Assembly (NCBI RefSeq): GCF_001194135.2
Contig: NC_068990.1
Span: 25,081,959 to 25,145,958 of the forward strand
Source of the DNA: Octopus bimaculoides
Lineage: Eukaryota
Direction of reading: 5' to 3'
Length of the DNA: 64,000 bases
Part shown: positions 1 to 13,410 of the stretch, piece by piece
Layout: every line of letters starts with the position of its first letter
How positions within the stretch are numbered: position 1 is the stretch's first letter
Program-made: the position numbers and the translations under genes
Notes under the pieces: model-generated
What the model was told of the DNA's origin: nothing
Databases searched by the model: none
Seen by the model: the letters and a program-made list of their open reading frames with translations, nothing else

Positions 1-582
1 CAGTGTCAATCAAACTCGGTCATAAGATATTGATAGGTCAAAACTGAAACTAAATGGTCTGGAAGCAAACTTCCTAACTATATATCCATGCCTGCATGTT
101 ATATCATCATTATTTAATATATGTTTTCCATGAGCAAGTGAGCTGCAAGGCTGCATTGAGCCTCAATGTCTACTTTGGCACAGTTTTTATGGCTGGATTT
201 CTTTCCTAATGCCAATCACTTTACAGAGTGTACTGGGCATATTTATCAAATATATATATATATTAGTTGAACTGTTGATACAACATGATGTTCTGGTGAT
301 CTGATGAACAAGTTTTCTTTATTTCCATTAATTTGTGAATATACATTTGTATTGTATAATGATGAGCATACATATTGATGCAAACAAGTACACATAATTT
401 CTTGCATATTAAAATTAATACTGCAATGAAGAAGGTTGCAAAATGGCTGTAATCCTATGGAAGTCACTTAGGAAGTTTGAGAGTTGAATATATATTTTAT
501 TTAACTGACTTTATGTTCATATAAATATTATATTAAATATATACACATTAAATATTACAACAAGATAAAAAGTTATTCAAAC

Positions 583-909
583 CTTAGCTTTCTCCTGCTG
601 TCGCTTCAACTGTTCAGAATTAATAGGTATGACATCAAGTTCTGACAGCGAGGGTTCAAGTTCTTCAAACCAGGACTGCAAGTGGGTGTGGGTTTCATGG
701 AAATGTTTGGAGAGTGGTAAAGCTTGCTCAAGCTGGCTTAACCTGTCTGCATTAATTTTCATTACTGTGTCAATCTGTGTCTTGAGAGTCTCCATTTTTT
801 CTTTGATCACTGGCTCTTCATCCAGTTTGTTTTCTCGCAGAAGTTTTTTAGCCGCAGCTAGAAGATCTCGGGCTCTGTCCTTCTGGCTACCAACTTCTGC
901 ATCCAGAAA
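583..909 (-). CDS. MACF1: Rod exon (FLDAEVGSQKDR...QEKAK), 327 nt; last exon in the window
   Basis: CATCAG|TTT and AAG|GTTTGA; LEQALPLSKHF...LQSWF. Confidence 0.93.
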
Positions 910-984
910 CTGATGAAAAACAAACAAAACAACATTACAGACATAAACCAGCACAATTTCTTACATCATTTTAAATACTTTGGT

Positions 985-1208
985 TGAATAATAATTCATT
1001 CTACTATAGGTACTAGCCCTGAAATGCCGGGGAGAGGACTAGTCAATTACATCAACCCCAGTATTTCACTGGTACATAATTTATTGATCCCGAGAAGATG
1101 AAAGGCAAACTCGACCTTGGAGGAATTTGAACTCAGAATGTAATGATGGGTAAAATACCATTAAGCATTTTGTCCAGCGTGCTAACAATTCTGCCAGCTT
1201 GCTACCTT
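985..1208 (-). mobile_element. tRNA-head SINE, family C
   Basis: Minus-strand head TGGCAGAATTGTTAGC...GAGTTCAAATTCC, core GCCTTTCATC...GATCAATAAA..GTACCAGT and (TAT)n tail. Further copies near 1470-1640, 10775-10900, 11230-11345, 36945-37100, 49165-49352, 49665-49787 and 51270-51345. Confidence 0.8.
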
Positions 1209-2115
1209 AATAATAATCCTTTCTTCTTCTTCTTTTTCTACTACTACTAATAATAATAATAATGATGATTAAAGGTGATTGGAATGGAATGTCCTGTAGA
1301 GCTTCTACAAAAAGTCTGTCTCTTATCATCAGAAGAAAAATCATCAGAAGGGTTATGAGCACTTGAAGGCCTATTGAAATCACGTGGATATTTAAGGTTA
1401 TGGGTAGGAACCTCTACCCACATTAATTCTACAAAGAATAAGACCAATCCTAAGTCAAGTTCAATAATAACTCTAATATTGGTTGAAAGCCAGCAATTTT
1501 GAAGGCAGGGTGGGGGAAGTCAATGATATGGACCCAAATACTTCACTGATACTTTATTTTATTGAACCTGAAAGGAGGAAAGGCAAATCAGAAAGAAATG
1601 CTGCTAAGCATTTTGCCTGATACACTTACAATTCTGATGGCTTGCCATCTTAATAACAACAGCATAAATATAATATATTGTAGTAATGCTAATAGTGGTA
1701 AGAATAGTCATACCAGGGGAGTCATACCAGGGGAGTCATTGGTATGATGAAAAGAAGGAAAAGCAGAGAAAAAGGGAAAAGAAAAGCAAAATGAGTGAAT
1801 CATCATTAATGGAAGTTTTCAATCCTCCATTATGAAAGATATCAAGTTAATATTGTTATAATTCAAGGAATCTTCAATGAACTTAGCTAATTTTCTATCA
1901 TAGCTCAGAGAAAACAGAATAGAAGGTTACTGAACAGAGATAGCTCTGGTTCTGTTATATTAGAGAATCAAGCATTGGGGAGTTTTCAGACATCGATGGT
2001 TAGGATTGTTGTAATTTAGAGATCACACAGTGAAGGTTCAGTGAGAAGAAAGCTGTGTTCTGTGAATGGGCAATTACCAGCTACAGTATTTGCATTCAGC
2101 TTAGAAGTAGCAATG

Positions 2116-2172
2116 GATAGATAGATAGATAGATAGATAGACATATGGAGGGATAGACAGACAGATAGATAC
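2116..2172. repeat. (AGAT)n/(AGAC)n microsatellite
   Basis: Direct reading. Confidence 0.95.
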
Positions 2173-2257
2173 AAGCTGATGTTGAACTAAAGAAAAAAAG
2201 AAAAATGATTGAGAGAGGAAGATGTATTGAGTGAAATGGAAAATTTTCCTGACTTAC

Positions 2258-2377
2258 TTTTTGGTCTTCCAGTTGGCTTTGAATTTTCCCAGATTCACAG
2301 CTAACTGAATCAGCTCCAATTATTTCATTCTGTGTGTCACCAAACCAACCCAACAATTCATCAATCTCATTCAGAAC
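2258..2377 (-). CDS. MACF1: Rod exon (VLNEIDELLGWF...LEDQK), 120 nt
   Basis: TTATTAG|GTT and AAA|GTAAGT; supplies the helix A missing between KSLE and FLDAEV. Confidence 0.93.
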
Positions 2378-2738
2378 CTAATAAAGAATTGAAACAAAAT
2401 AATGCACTGATATACAATGGATATGGATTATAATAATGTATTAATATTGATAGGTGAAGGTGCATGGTCTAGTGGTTAGATTGTTACACTCATGATTGTG
2501 AGACTGTTGTTTCAATTCCTGAAACCAGGTGGTGCATTGTTAACTTAAACAAAACATTTCATCTCCTGTTGCTCTGTTGGAGTTACATGTGTTGAATAGC
2601 AGTTTGACTCAGCTTAACATTAAAGTTTCCTGGGTAGAGGATACATCCACCTCATCCGAACACTTGATGAGGCAGACATACCCTATGACCAAAAACTTTA
2701 ATTAATATGAAGCTCAGCCAAATTGTTATAGCTTTATA

Positions 2739-2762
2739 TGTGTGTGTGTGTGTGTGTGTGTG
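2739..2762. repeat. (TG)12 microsatellite
   Basis: Direct reading. Confidence 0.95.
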
Positions 2763-3108
2763 TTAGTGGAGGGGCACAAAAAAATTTTCAAATTTTCCAA
2801 GGAAATTGATTGAAATAAAATCAAGTAAAATAAAGTAGAATATTTGTCAAAAAATTCTCAAACAATCTAAATATTCAACTTTATTTCATTCTTTTTCATT
2901 TCTTTGGAAATTCTGAAGAATTTCTGTACCTGCATATAAATAAATTAAGGACCAATTCCTTCATTTCTCCTGACTAACCTTGTTATTCTTATTATTATCA
3001 ATATACTATTCTGTACACAACCAAAAACGTTTTATTCCTATATGTGAGTGTGTGTGTGTGATAGTTAAGTAGATTTTTCTTAATTCAAATTATTTGATCA
3101 ATTTATAC

Positions 3109-3315
3109 CTCGAGAGATTTCTGTCGAGAAAGACGTATCTTCTCTGCTTTGGAATTTATCTGTTCACTGAGGGCCTCAAACCGATGGCTATCTTTATTTG
3201 CAATATCTGTGAGGCGTGCACAGGCTTCTTCAGGTAGGAGGTCACCAAGTTTACTACCCTGGGTGCTGATAACATTCAACAATGGCTGGGCCACAGATAG
3301 CTGCTCTTCCAGTTT
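3109..3315 (-). CDS. MACF1: Rod exon (KLEEQLSVAQP...RQKSLE), 207 nt
   Basis: TATATAG|AAA and GAG|GTATAA. Confidence 0.92.
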
Positions 3316-3467
3316 CTATATAAAGATAAGCAAGTTTGTAATTTAGTAATTATGTAAAACATAAGACATTTCAAAGCTTTATTTAACTGAACAGGAAGGA
3401 GAAAAGGGAAAGTGAGAGATTCAAAGAAATCTGAATGGAACTTTTGTTTAATAGTGACTTTAACCCT

Positions 3468-3783
3468 GAAGGCACATGACTCAGTAGTTAGAGCATCAGG
3501 ATCACAATCATGAGGTAGTGAGTTCGATTCCTGGACTGGGCAGTGTGTTGTGTTCTGGAGCAAGACACTTTATTTCACATTGCTCCGGTTCACTCAGCTG
3601 TAGAAATGAGTTGTGATGTCACTGGTGCCAAGCTGTACCAGACTTTGCCTTTCCCTTGGATAACATTGCTGGTGTGGAGAGGGGAGACTGGTCTTCCATA
3701 AACAACAACCTTGCTTGGACTTGTGCCTCAGAGGGTAACTTTCTAGGTGCAATCTCATGGTCATTCATGGCTGAAGGGGGTCT
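3468..3783 (+). mobile_element. tRNA-head SINE, family A1, near full length
   Basis: A box TGACTCAGTAGTTAGAGC and B box GAGTTCGATTCC; body repeated at 14528-14804. Confidence 0.8.
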
Positions 3784-3807
3784 TTAGCCTTTTACTCAAT
3801 AGATGAT

Positions 3808-4193
3808 GATCATCATCATCGTTTTAATGTCCACTTTCCCATGCTTGTGTACATTGGATGAAATTCAGTGAGATAGATTTTTGACAGCCAGATGTCCTTC
3901 TTGTTGCCAACCTTCACCTGTTTCCAAGGTAGTATTTCCCCCATGGCCAGACATGAAAGACAGCTTGTATGATGGTAATGCTTGTGTACAACTATCACAC
4001 AACAGCAAGGCTAGGTGACACTAAAACACTCACACACCCACAATGAGCTTCTTTCAGATTCTGTCAACCAAATTCCCTCATAAGGCTTTGGTCAGCCAGG
4101 AACTATAGTCGAAGACTTGCTCATGGTATCACACAATGGGACTGAACCCAGAACCATTAAGCAGGGAAGCAAACTTCTGAACCACACAGCATG
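3808..4193 (-). mobile_element. tRNA-head SINE, family B, with internal (TG)n and (GAT)n tail
   Basis: Minus-strand head CATGCTGTGTGGTTCAGAAG...GGTTCAGTCCC; tail GGACATTAAAACGATGATGATG. Further partial copies near 30-95, 8250-8366, 11025-11170, 28200-28515 and 28975-29075. Confidence 0.8.
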
Positions 4194-4861
4194 GTGCTAT
4201 ATTAACAGCACATTGTCAAGTGGCGGGTGTTAAGAAGGGACATTTGGCCATGGAAGTTATTCATTATTCCCCTCTCTCATCATCAAGTCTGTCTTATAAC
4301 TATCTCCATCGTGCCAATCATGCTACATGAATTACTATTAATCACTTTCTTCTATTACTACTTCCTCTATTGCCCTCTCCTAATACCACTGTTCCTTCTC
4401 CACAAAATCATAATCTCTCTTCACCCACCTATCCCGATTCCCTCTCTCCATTCTCTCTTCTTTTCAGTCTCTTCAGGTTGCCTTGAAGGAAAGGTAACAA
4501 CATAGCTTATAGAATCCTATTTAGTCTTGCCTAAAACAGGATAACCTCTGTAGGGCTAGTGCTACAATAAATGCACCCTGCTCAGAACACACTATAAACA
4601 TGTTAGTGTACGGAAGGGCACCCAGCCAAAGGAACCAAACCAAAAACGAAATGCATGAGGACAATGTGGGTTTCTGATCTGCCTAAAAGAGTAGGAACTC
4701 TAGATGAGAAATTGCACTGTGAAGATTTATCTAACACATGTCAACATGGAAAGTGAGATAAAATGGAGATAAAAGTGATAATGATGACCATGAAGGCAAT
4801 ACTTTCAAAATGGATGAAATGTAAACACGCTCTTTAGCCTTCACCTACATGTTCATATCAC

Positions 4862-5085
4862 GACTTCATCATTTAATGTCAATGTTCCAATGCTGGCATG
4901 GGTTGGACAGTTTGACAGGAACTGATGTGTCCAAGGAATGCATCAAGCTCCAGTGTCTGTTTTGGCATGGTTTTTGCTGTTGGAGGCCTTTCCTAACACT
5001 TCCAAACACTTCAAAGCATGAACAGAGTGCTTTTTTTGTGCCATCTGCACTATTAAGGTCACCATGGAGTTCATAAGACTACAAA
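4862..5085 (-). mobile_element. Interspersed retroposon family D, sharing the (GAT)n tail with family B
   Basis: CATCATTTAATGTC..TTCCAATGCTGGCATGGGTTGGACAGTTTGACAGG...CCTTTCCTAACAC. Copies near 100-245, 9478-9650, 12005-12320, 15918-16130, 20300-20545 and 27998-28180. Confidence 0.72.
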
Positions 5086-5255
5086 CCCTAAAGTATATCC
5101 TGTATATGGTCAACTAAAAAATTCTAGGAAATATTGTCATCTATTTCATCAAGTCTAGAATGAAAAAGTTGAATCTTGTACAATTTATATGAGAATTGTG
5201 AGAGTTCTAACAAAGATCAAGTGTATTATCAGCAAACCATTAAGCCAATCCTTAC

Positions 5256-5552
5256 TTTAATGTGACTTTCAACCTCTTGACCAGCGAGCTCTTTGGATCT
5301 TAATTCTGGTTCAACATTTGCAAGCCACTCTAAAAATTTAAAGTGGGCTTCATTGAACTGCTTAGCCAATGGCACAGCCTCTTCCAGTTGTTTCAGCAAA
5401 TCATTTACTGTTTTCTTGTAGTTATTGTATCTATCAATTGTAGCAGTAACTCGGTTAGGCATCAGATCAGCATCATCTAAATCAAAGAGAAAATTTTCAA
5501 TATCAGACACAATATTGTTAGGTTGATCATATTCAGGCAAAAATGTACAGAA
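5256..5552 (-). CDS. MACF1: Rod exon (FCTFLPEYDQ...ESHIK), 297 nt
   Basis: TTCCATAG|TTC and AAA|GTAAGG; LEEAVPLAKQF...FLEWL. Confidence 0.92.
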
Positions 5553-7476
5553 CTATGGAATTTACGTAATTAATGTTAACTGTTACCCTTTTGATGCCAG
5601 TTTGCTAAGTATCTAGTTCTATAATATAACCTTCCTGTTTTATTGTGATCAAAATCAAAACCTTCCATTAAAATTGTGTGTTAATGTGTTCCAATACCAG
5701 CTTAATAATGACAAAGTTATTTTCCTATATTCCTCAATTCAAAAATTAATTGAAACAAAAATGGCTTGTTACAAAAGAAATATAGCAACAAAAGTGCTAA
5801 ATTGAAGAATTTTTTATAAGTCAATTTTTCAGACTATTGACCTCATGTTTGGAAAGATTTTTTAGGAAAATTCTCTTGGATTTACAAACTTGGAGCAGCA
5901 GGATACTGCCCCGTGGATTGTAAATGGTAACCATTTAAAAAAAAATCATGTATAACATTTTTTTGGTAATTTTGGGAAAAGATTACAAATTTGTTGGGAA
6001 AGGATATAGTTGAGTGAAACCATCCTACAGTACCATACTGGTACTTATTGATCACAAATGTAAGTTAAACAACCAAAATTGGAATTTGGAATTAGAATGC
6101 CAAATAATGTGACTAAATAAAAACAATGCAGATCAATCTACCACTCTCCTAACTGTGGTAACATATCATTTTTTAAAATTTAATATTTAGAACAAAAATA
6201 CACAAGATGGTGTATATGAAAATATAGGGAGGAAAAATCTTCAAAAACTACAATTTGCTGGGGTTTTTTGTCTGAAGTTATATGAAAATAATCTGGTAAT
6301 TAAGAATTCCCCTTCACCCAAGCCAGAACATTTTAAAATAGCTTAGTGCATTTTGAAAAGTAGATAACCAAAAATATTTACCCTTCGAAAATTCCTGTAG
6401 ATGTTTGCCTTTTTCAGTCAGGGTTTCTAAGTTTGGTTCTTGCTCAAGAAACTCTTCTGTTAATTTCTATAATAATAGTAATAACAATGATAATAATAAT
6501 AATAATCCCAACACCACTAACAATAATAATCATAAAATAAACTGAATCTATAGATTAACCTTTTTAAAAAATTCAGCATGCTTTGGTATATAGTTCTTAA
6601 AATAAAGAAACATCTTCAGAAATGCAATTATTATTATTATTTACTTGTTCCAGCCAAGTGACTGGGACATAGCAAGAATTTGAAATATGTAAATCAATTT
6701 AGAACAAACACAGACAACAACACTCCCATTAGTAAATTAATAACTTCTGAACTTAGAATTTCTGAGAAAGTGAGTGTCATCAGTTGAAACAGCATTAGAT
6801 TAAAACATCTGTGTACCATACTTACACACACACACACACACTCCTTCATTCCACTGAAAGGCTTGATGCTGTGGTTTTTGTTTGAGAGGAAATCTCTTCA
6901 TAGATGTTATGTTAAAGTCTCAGGTTAAAACCATAGCATCATGCTTTTTGATGGCGTTATATACACATTAAGTATGGTATGTAGATGGCTATTTTATTTC
7001 TAAGCAATATACAACTGACAGATTTTATGATAAGTGTTGAGAGTAATAACTTATTTGTACATGCTCATTATTGAATTAAGAGGTTTTTCTATATATTTTG
7101 CAAGTCATTTACATCATAATCAGCAGAAAAATAAGCATTCCAAGAGAATTTTTTTCTATAGGTGTAGAAGGGAGAAGTGAGTTCATTAACTCATTCTTAG
7201 ATAATCCTAATCCTTCAATATTGATTCTAGAATACATTTAGAGACATCTAAAAAAAAAAATACCAATAATTAAAGAATTAAAAAAACTCTTATGAAATAG
7301 TTTGTTTTTAACCATGACACTCAAAGTAGATAAAGCTATAAAAAATAGCAGGCAAACATTGGGCTAAAAATCCTTTTGGATGTATAAAGTCAAAAATTAA
7401 TTATTTCCTGTTCACTCAAAATTTCTATATTCTTATGAACTAAACAAAATTTATTTATTTTTTTTTTGATAGATAC

Positions 7477-7803
7477 CTTTAACATCGAAACATATTTTTC
7501 CATACTGTCCACGTCATGAGGATTTGGCTTGACAACAGAAATTTTGGCATTGCATGAATCAAGCCAAGCAGTTAAAGATTCATAACATTCTTGGAATTCT
7601 TTAGCAACATCAACCATTTTTTCCAAAGCATTCATACGTTCAGTTGAGGCAAATACAAGATTATTCCAACGTTCTTGCAGTTCTTCGATTTGTTTCTTGA
7701 TTTGTTCCTGCTCTTTTGGAGCAACAGATTTCATAAGCTTCTTGCCAGAGTCTTCGACTGACTTTATTCCTTCCTCTCGATCATCCAAAAGTTTCTTGAG
7801 GAA
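7477..7803 (-). CDS. MACF1: Rod exon (FLKKLLDDRE...VSMLK), 327 nt
   Basis: TTGCAG|TTC and AAG|GTATCT; 109 codons, one repeat length. Confidence 0.94.
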
Positions 7804-7829
7804 CTGCAATGGATGAAAACAGAAATATT

Positions 7830-8060
7830 GGTTTCTAATATTGGCATAAAACCATGAATTTGGAATAAATAAGTCATGGATGAAATAGTTGATTATATCA
7901 GCCCCAGTAATTGCCCGGTACTTATTTTATCAACCTTAAAAGGAGAAACGGTAAAATTGCCTTTGGTGGGGTTTGAACTTAGAAAATAAAGAGAAGCAAC
8001 TAAATGTAGCAAAACATATTATCCATCCTTCCACTAATTCTGGTAATTTATCACCCTTAA
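7830..8060 (-). mobile_element. SINE family C copy
   Basis: CAGCCCCAGT...GGTACTTATTTTATCAACC...GGGGTTTGAACTTAGAA. Confidence 0.72.
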
Positions 8061-8486
8061 GTTGATAAGCATACTATCTATCTATGGTGCAAAAATAAAG
8101 AAAACATGAAGTCTAGGTAAGTATATTAGGTTTATGCTCAGGAAAAATAGAAGGAAAAAGTGTTTTATGTTTTGAGCATAAGCTTTTCTACAGAAAGAAT
8201 AGACGCGGAGAGAAAAGACAAATATGTTACAAAGGGATTTTATGTTTTTACCATCAACCAAGCTTCATTGACAAAGGTTATGGTAGAAGATACATGACCA
8301 GGTTACCACACTGTGACATTGAAATTGGAACTATGGGATTGCAAACTTCTTAACCACATACTCAAGTCTACACTCACTGGCCATTCTCATGTTCTAATAC
8401 ACTGGCCATTCTTATATTCTATTACACAGGCAATCCATCCTTATTAATACCCTAGCAATTTAAATGGTTTAAAACAAATTACTTAC

Positions 8487-8657
8487 TCTCTGATCTTGAA
8501 TTTGGGTTTTTAGCATCTTATAGTCAGTAGATGGTGCTTTTTGATTACTAATCATGTCTTCAGTTTCTTTGAGCCATTCCAACACTGATTCAACAGTGTC
8601 AGTGAACTTCCCAGAATGTAACAAGGCATCGTCCAGTGATCGTTCTCTTTCTTGCAG
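8487..8657 (-). CDS. MACF1: Rod exon (LQERERSLDDALLHSGKF...IQDQR), 171 nt
   Basis: GTTACAG|CTG and AGA|GTAAGT; VLEWL motif. Confidence 0.94.
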
Positions 8658-8789
8658 CTGTAACGGAAGAAATGGATTAGACAGGCCGGCTGAGTAACAA
8701 CCATTCATAATGTAAAGCTAGTGTGTGTGTGTGTGTGTGTGTGTGCGTGTGAATGAATGTGAGTATGTATATATATATATATATGTACA

Positions 8790-9140
8790 GGAGTGGTCAT
8801 TGTTTTAACGTTCATTTTTCCATGTTAGTGTAGATTTCCTATAGCTGGGAACCCTTCTTGTCACCAGGCCTCATCTGTTGCCAAATAAGCTGATTTCCTC
8901 AAGGCCAAATATATTTTCATGGTAAATTGGAAATGAACAACATTTGTATGACGGTGACACCCGTTTACAACTATCAAAAGATGTCAAGATAGAGACACAC
9001 ACACAACAGGTTTCTTTCAGTTTCTGTCTACCAGATCCACTGACAAGACTGTAGAAGATACTTGCTTAAGGTGCCACACAGTGGGACTGAACCTGAAACC
9101 ATGTGATCAGAAAGCAAAGTTCTTCACTACAGATCCATAC
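8790..9140 (-). mobile_element. SINE family B copy
   Basis: GGTGCCACACAGTGGGACTGAACC...TTCAGTTTCTGTCTACCA shared with the other B copies. Confidence 0.75.
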
Positions 9141-9706
9141 TTGTGCTCATCATCATCATGTATACATAAAAGTGTCCAATTTCTTTGGTCAGTTATTGTA
9201 TGTTTAGGTAAGTCCCTTAACACATCAGGTCATTGGGATATCGCTGAATACTTCCATCTTTCCCTGGGGTGTATCTGAAACAAATGAGTTTGGCAGAACA
9301 ACCCCCCACCTCACCCAAACTCTCCAAGCAATAATGATAGGACGAGAACTAAAAGTAGGTGAACTGGTCCATTAAGAGTTAAATATGATGTCCATGGACA
9401 AAGTTGAAATGTTGGTGAAGGACAAATTGTCAAATAGTCAACACTTGGACTGATGGGTCAATATTCAATCACATTCAGCCCTTCATCATCATCCTTTAAT
9501 GTTTGTTTTGCATGCTGGTATGGGTTGGACAGTTTGACAAGATCTGGCAAGCTGCAGAGCCACACCAAGCCTCAATGTCAGCTTTCGTATGGTTTCTATA
9601 GATGGATGCCCTTCCTAACACCAACCAGTGTGTAGTGGGTGCTTTTATTTCATAATTATTACTTCACTGATGATAAAAATAAAAAGGAAGCAAAATGAAG
9701 ACAAAC

Positions 9707-9868
9707 CTTCTCATTCAACTGTGCCCATTTCTCATTCAATGTTTCAAGCTTGTTATCCAATTGATTTGTATTCAAACCAGGAGAAGCTGACTGGATCAAC
9801 TGGCGACTCTCTTCAGTTACTTTCTGTAGATTTTCATGCAGAGGCTCAAGATTGCTCTTGACAAAATG
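9707..9868 (-). CDS. MACF1: Rod exon (HFVKSNLEPL...QLNEK), 162 nt
   Basis: CATACAG|CAT and AAG|GTTTGT; typical QLIQSASPG...LNEKW segment. Confidence 0.92.
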
Positions 9869-11307
9869 CTGTATGAAACAAAACGATTTGAAATTGTCAT
9901 TAGTTAATAACTTTGTGAGACACATTTCTAATAAGATACACTGCTTATGGATTTCAGTTATTGTTTCTAAAAAAATAATCAATCATTTGAAGGAACTTAG
10001 TAAAATAACTGTAGCAAGGCATAGCTTCAAAGATGTTAGCTCAGTAATGAGAAAAAGGCTGCAGCATATCAGGTGATTTGCTCTGAATTCTGACCAGTTT
10101 CAGCTGCAACTGTTTGATCATATGATTTGAATGGAAATTTTCATAAGTTTTCTGCCAAAAGATAGTCAAAAATATAGAAGCATGGGACTATCAGCGCAGA
10201 GGTTGAGAGAGGTCCCAGAGAAGACAGATGAACAGGATTCTTGGTCGAATGCTTGAGCTGGGGTTAAACAGAATCGCTTTTCCCACAATGTGCTTCTCTA
10301 AGTAGTGACATAAGACATTCTTAATTCTCACTTGTCACCAACATGAAGATGTAGCAATCTACTTCTAAGCCAACATATATATAAAACTTGTGATCAACAA
10401 TACAGTCTCTGGTAAATATTTATTGTCCGCATTGTGATGTTTGTGTATAAACACTTCCCTCAAAAACTTCAATAGACTTGGTTTAATATGGATAACAACA
10501 ACAACAGCCCAAACCAGCCTAACCAAGATAACAATAACCCCTCTAACCAAGGGCTAAATAACTAACAAATATTTTCATCAGTAAGTTGGGAGTTTGGAAT
10601 ATAAGAAAAAGAGTTTGAAATAAAATTATAGTAAAAGGTTTTAACTTTTAATTAAAATACAAACACTTTAAAAGAGGCAATTTTGTATCAAAGAACCAGG
10701 AATTAACTCAGGCAGATTTGTTTGAAAATTGTTGAACAACCCTTGGCGTGATGGTGGTCACTGAAATCATAAAGGCAGCAGATGGCAGAATTGGATGACT
10801 GGTAAACAAAATACCTTGTGTTATTTAGATGTTAGGTATAAATCCCAGAGACCAGCTTTGCTTTGCATCCTTCCAGGGTCAATAAAATACTGGTCACACA
10901 AGAGCACGTGGCCTTGAGTCTATATTAGAAATCATGATTTGTATTATTACTAAAGGCAGAATTGGTAGAGCAACAAAGTAAATGCCTTGTGATATTTACT
11001 TCATTTACATTCCTTTAATACTGGCAAGATCAACTTTCAGTTTCTGTCTACCAAATCCACTCACAAGGCTTTCATCAGCCTTGAGCTATTAGAGAACACT
11101 TGCCAAAGGTGCCACACAGTGAGAGTGAACCCAAAGCCACATGGCTGGGAAGCGAACTTCTTCACCTTACACTCAAGCTTCCAACATCTACAAAATTTCT
11201 TGCCATGTCATTATGTTAGAAATTAAGTCCCACTTAAGCACTGGGGTCGATATAATCGACTGGCCCACGCCTCCAACTTTTTAGGTCTTGTGCCTATAGT
11301 AGAAAGG

Positions 11308-11345
<38 letters not shown>
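11308..11345. repeat. (ATT)n microsatellite forming the tail of a family C SINE
   Basis: Follows GTGCCTATAGTAGAAAGG, the family C 3' end. Confidence 0.92.
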
Positions 11346-11346
<1 letters not shown>

Positions 11347-11457
11347 TTTGAATTGTATCAAGAGCTAGTCTAATGAACTAGATGGTTTAGAGTATCAAGT
11401 TCCATTCCTTGTATTACTATATAAAAGGCCTCAAAAAATATTTTCCAAGTCACTAAC

Positions 11458-11670
11458 CTTCATTTGCTCCTGTTGCTTTTTGATCACAGGAACACTGCTG
11501 CCAACTGGTTCTTCAGACTGAAGGAGGACCAATGTTCTGTCGATGTCACTGTGTAACTTCTGTAGCTTGGCATCATTGTCGTTCATTTTGTTTAATGTGT
11601 CAACAGCTTCCGTCTCAAATGCTTTAGATTTCTCAGCCAGGTTGTCATAGAACTTCAACAGAGCAGTAAT
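11458..11670 (-). CDS. MACF1: Rod exon (ITALLKFYD...QEQMK), 213 nt
   Basis: TTGTCAG|ATT and AAG|GTTAGT. Confidence 0.92.
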
Positions 11671-12559
11671 CTGACAAAGGAACAAAGGTTTTCTTTTATG
11701 TTATTTTATCACAAAGAATTTTCCCTCTCATTAACACCATTTTCTTTATATAGCTCTATATACTGAGTGGTAATATGGACTTTTGACAGGTAGAATGTAA
11801 ACATCTGCTACAATATAAACACTTAAACCAAACAGAGAGTACAGGTGAATATACAAAACATAGAAGCAATGAAAGCAGTTAATTAGAGAGCAAACTTTGT
11901 ATAAAATCAATGCAAACTGGATTCATTTATCAAAAGAAGGCTGCTAAGTTAAAGACAACCACTTAATGAATATTGAGGGACCCTTAATTCAAAACATAAT
12001 TTAACATATCAAAGCTGGTGTGGGTTGGACAATCTAAAAGGAACCAATGAGCCAAACGACAGTGTTGAGTTTCAATGTCTGCTTTGGCATCATTTCTTTG
12101 GCTGGATATCCTTTCTAACGTCAACCATTTTACAGAGTGTACTGGGTGCTTTTTCATGCCACCAGTACTAGTGAGGTCACCAAGAAACCCACAAGACAGA
12201 ATCCCTCAATTGAGTGAGGGTGTATTATTGAAAGATGTGGTTTGACACCAGGTGTTGAGAAACTAAAGTATATTAGGACAGGAACAGGAGTCTTGCTGTA
12301 GAACAAGATACATGATGGCTTTAACAGGAAAGAAAAAAAACATCTTTTTGATAGTTAGGAAGGAGCATTTTCAGCATTTCTTTCTCCCTCTCTCTCTCAG
12401 ATTGGGTTTGATTTGGGGGTTGAAAGGAGACAAACTTCCCAAAGATACTAATGAAATCATCATCGTAATAAATAAATAAAAGTCCTTGTTTGATTAGATA
12501 AGCTTCAATAGATAAATATATGAAGAAGTATTTCAATGGAGAGATTAAAAGAGACTAAC

Positions 12560-12673
12560 CTGGTTTGTAAATGTTGTACTGTCTGAAAGAAGTCCAGTTT
12601 TTACCAGGTCATCACACTCGTTTTTCAGCTGGTTTATTCTATCTTTTTTACCAGCCAAATCAACAGAGAAGAG
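12560..12673 (-). CDS. MACF1: Rod exon (LFSVDLAGKK...TFTNQ), 114 nt
   Basis: TACTCAG|CTC and CAG|GTTAGT. Confidence 0.92.
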
Positions 12674-12869
12674 CTGAGTAAAGATAAAGATACATAAATA
12701 TATAAGATAAAGCAGAATGCAAGGAAATTGGCGGTGGTCTGTGTTGGAAAAATTTGACAGAATGAGTCGTGAAATTGTCACAGGAAGTGGAGTGTCCAAT
12801 GTTTCAGGCAGAGTTCTTCTTCAGGGTAAAAATAATGGGAGGAAGATAAAAGAATGACAACAGAGTTTT

Positions 12870-13070
12870 GTGCAGGCATGACTAGGTGGTTAACAAGTTT
12901 GTTACCCAACCACATGGTTCCAAGTTCAGTCTGACTGCATGACACCCTGGGCAAGTGTCTTCTACTAAAATTCCAGGTTGATCTAAGCCTTGTGAATGAA
13001 TTTGGTGGACAGAAAAAAGTCTGTTGTATATGTATTTATGTATGCATGCATACATGTGTGTGTGTGTGGT
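12870..13070 (+). mobile_element. SINE family B, 5' half
   Basis: GCAGGCATGACTAGGTGGTTAACAAG...GTTCAGTC...GGGCAAGTGTCTTCTACT followed by (TG)n. Confidence 0.75.
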
Positions 13071-13296
13071 ATGAAGATTCTAGGAAGTGAGGTTAATATT
13101 TGTATCTAATACTTGAATAAATGAAGCTATGAAAATGAAACTGTTCTGCAGTCAACTTTCAAGTTGTAAATGATTGATGCCACTGTTTTAATAGTTAAGG
13201 GCAGATGTAAGGTTAGGGTTTCTAATTAATCAAATGAAAGGATTGGGACTGTAGCTTTAAAAAAAAAAATTTAAACAAAAAGGTAAAAAGAACTAC

Positions 13297-13410
13297 CTTC
13301 ATGTTTTGACATTGCTCTTTCAGTTCTGCCATATCTCTGGCTACTGGTAAGTATGAAGTCAGTCTGGAATCCATTGATAACAACTCATTATCCAAATCCT
13401 TCATTTGATT
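13297..13410 (-). CDS. MACF1: Rod exon (NQMKDLDNEL...CQNMK), 114 nt
   Basis: TTTACAG|AAT and AAG|GTAGTT. Confidence 0.92.

Noticed and set aside
3468-3545. tRNA genes (also at 2455, 12870, 26467 and 37375)
   Set aside because: A and B boxes are present but run directly into repeated SINE bodies; no intact cloverleaf 3' acceptor stem.
9181-9274. Possible exon after a TTTCAG acceptor on the minus strand
   Set aside because: All three frames stop within 60 nt, and the 9707>8657 junction is already continuous.
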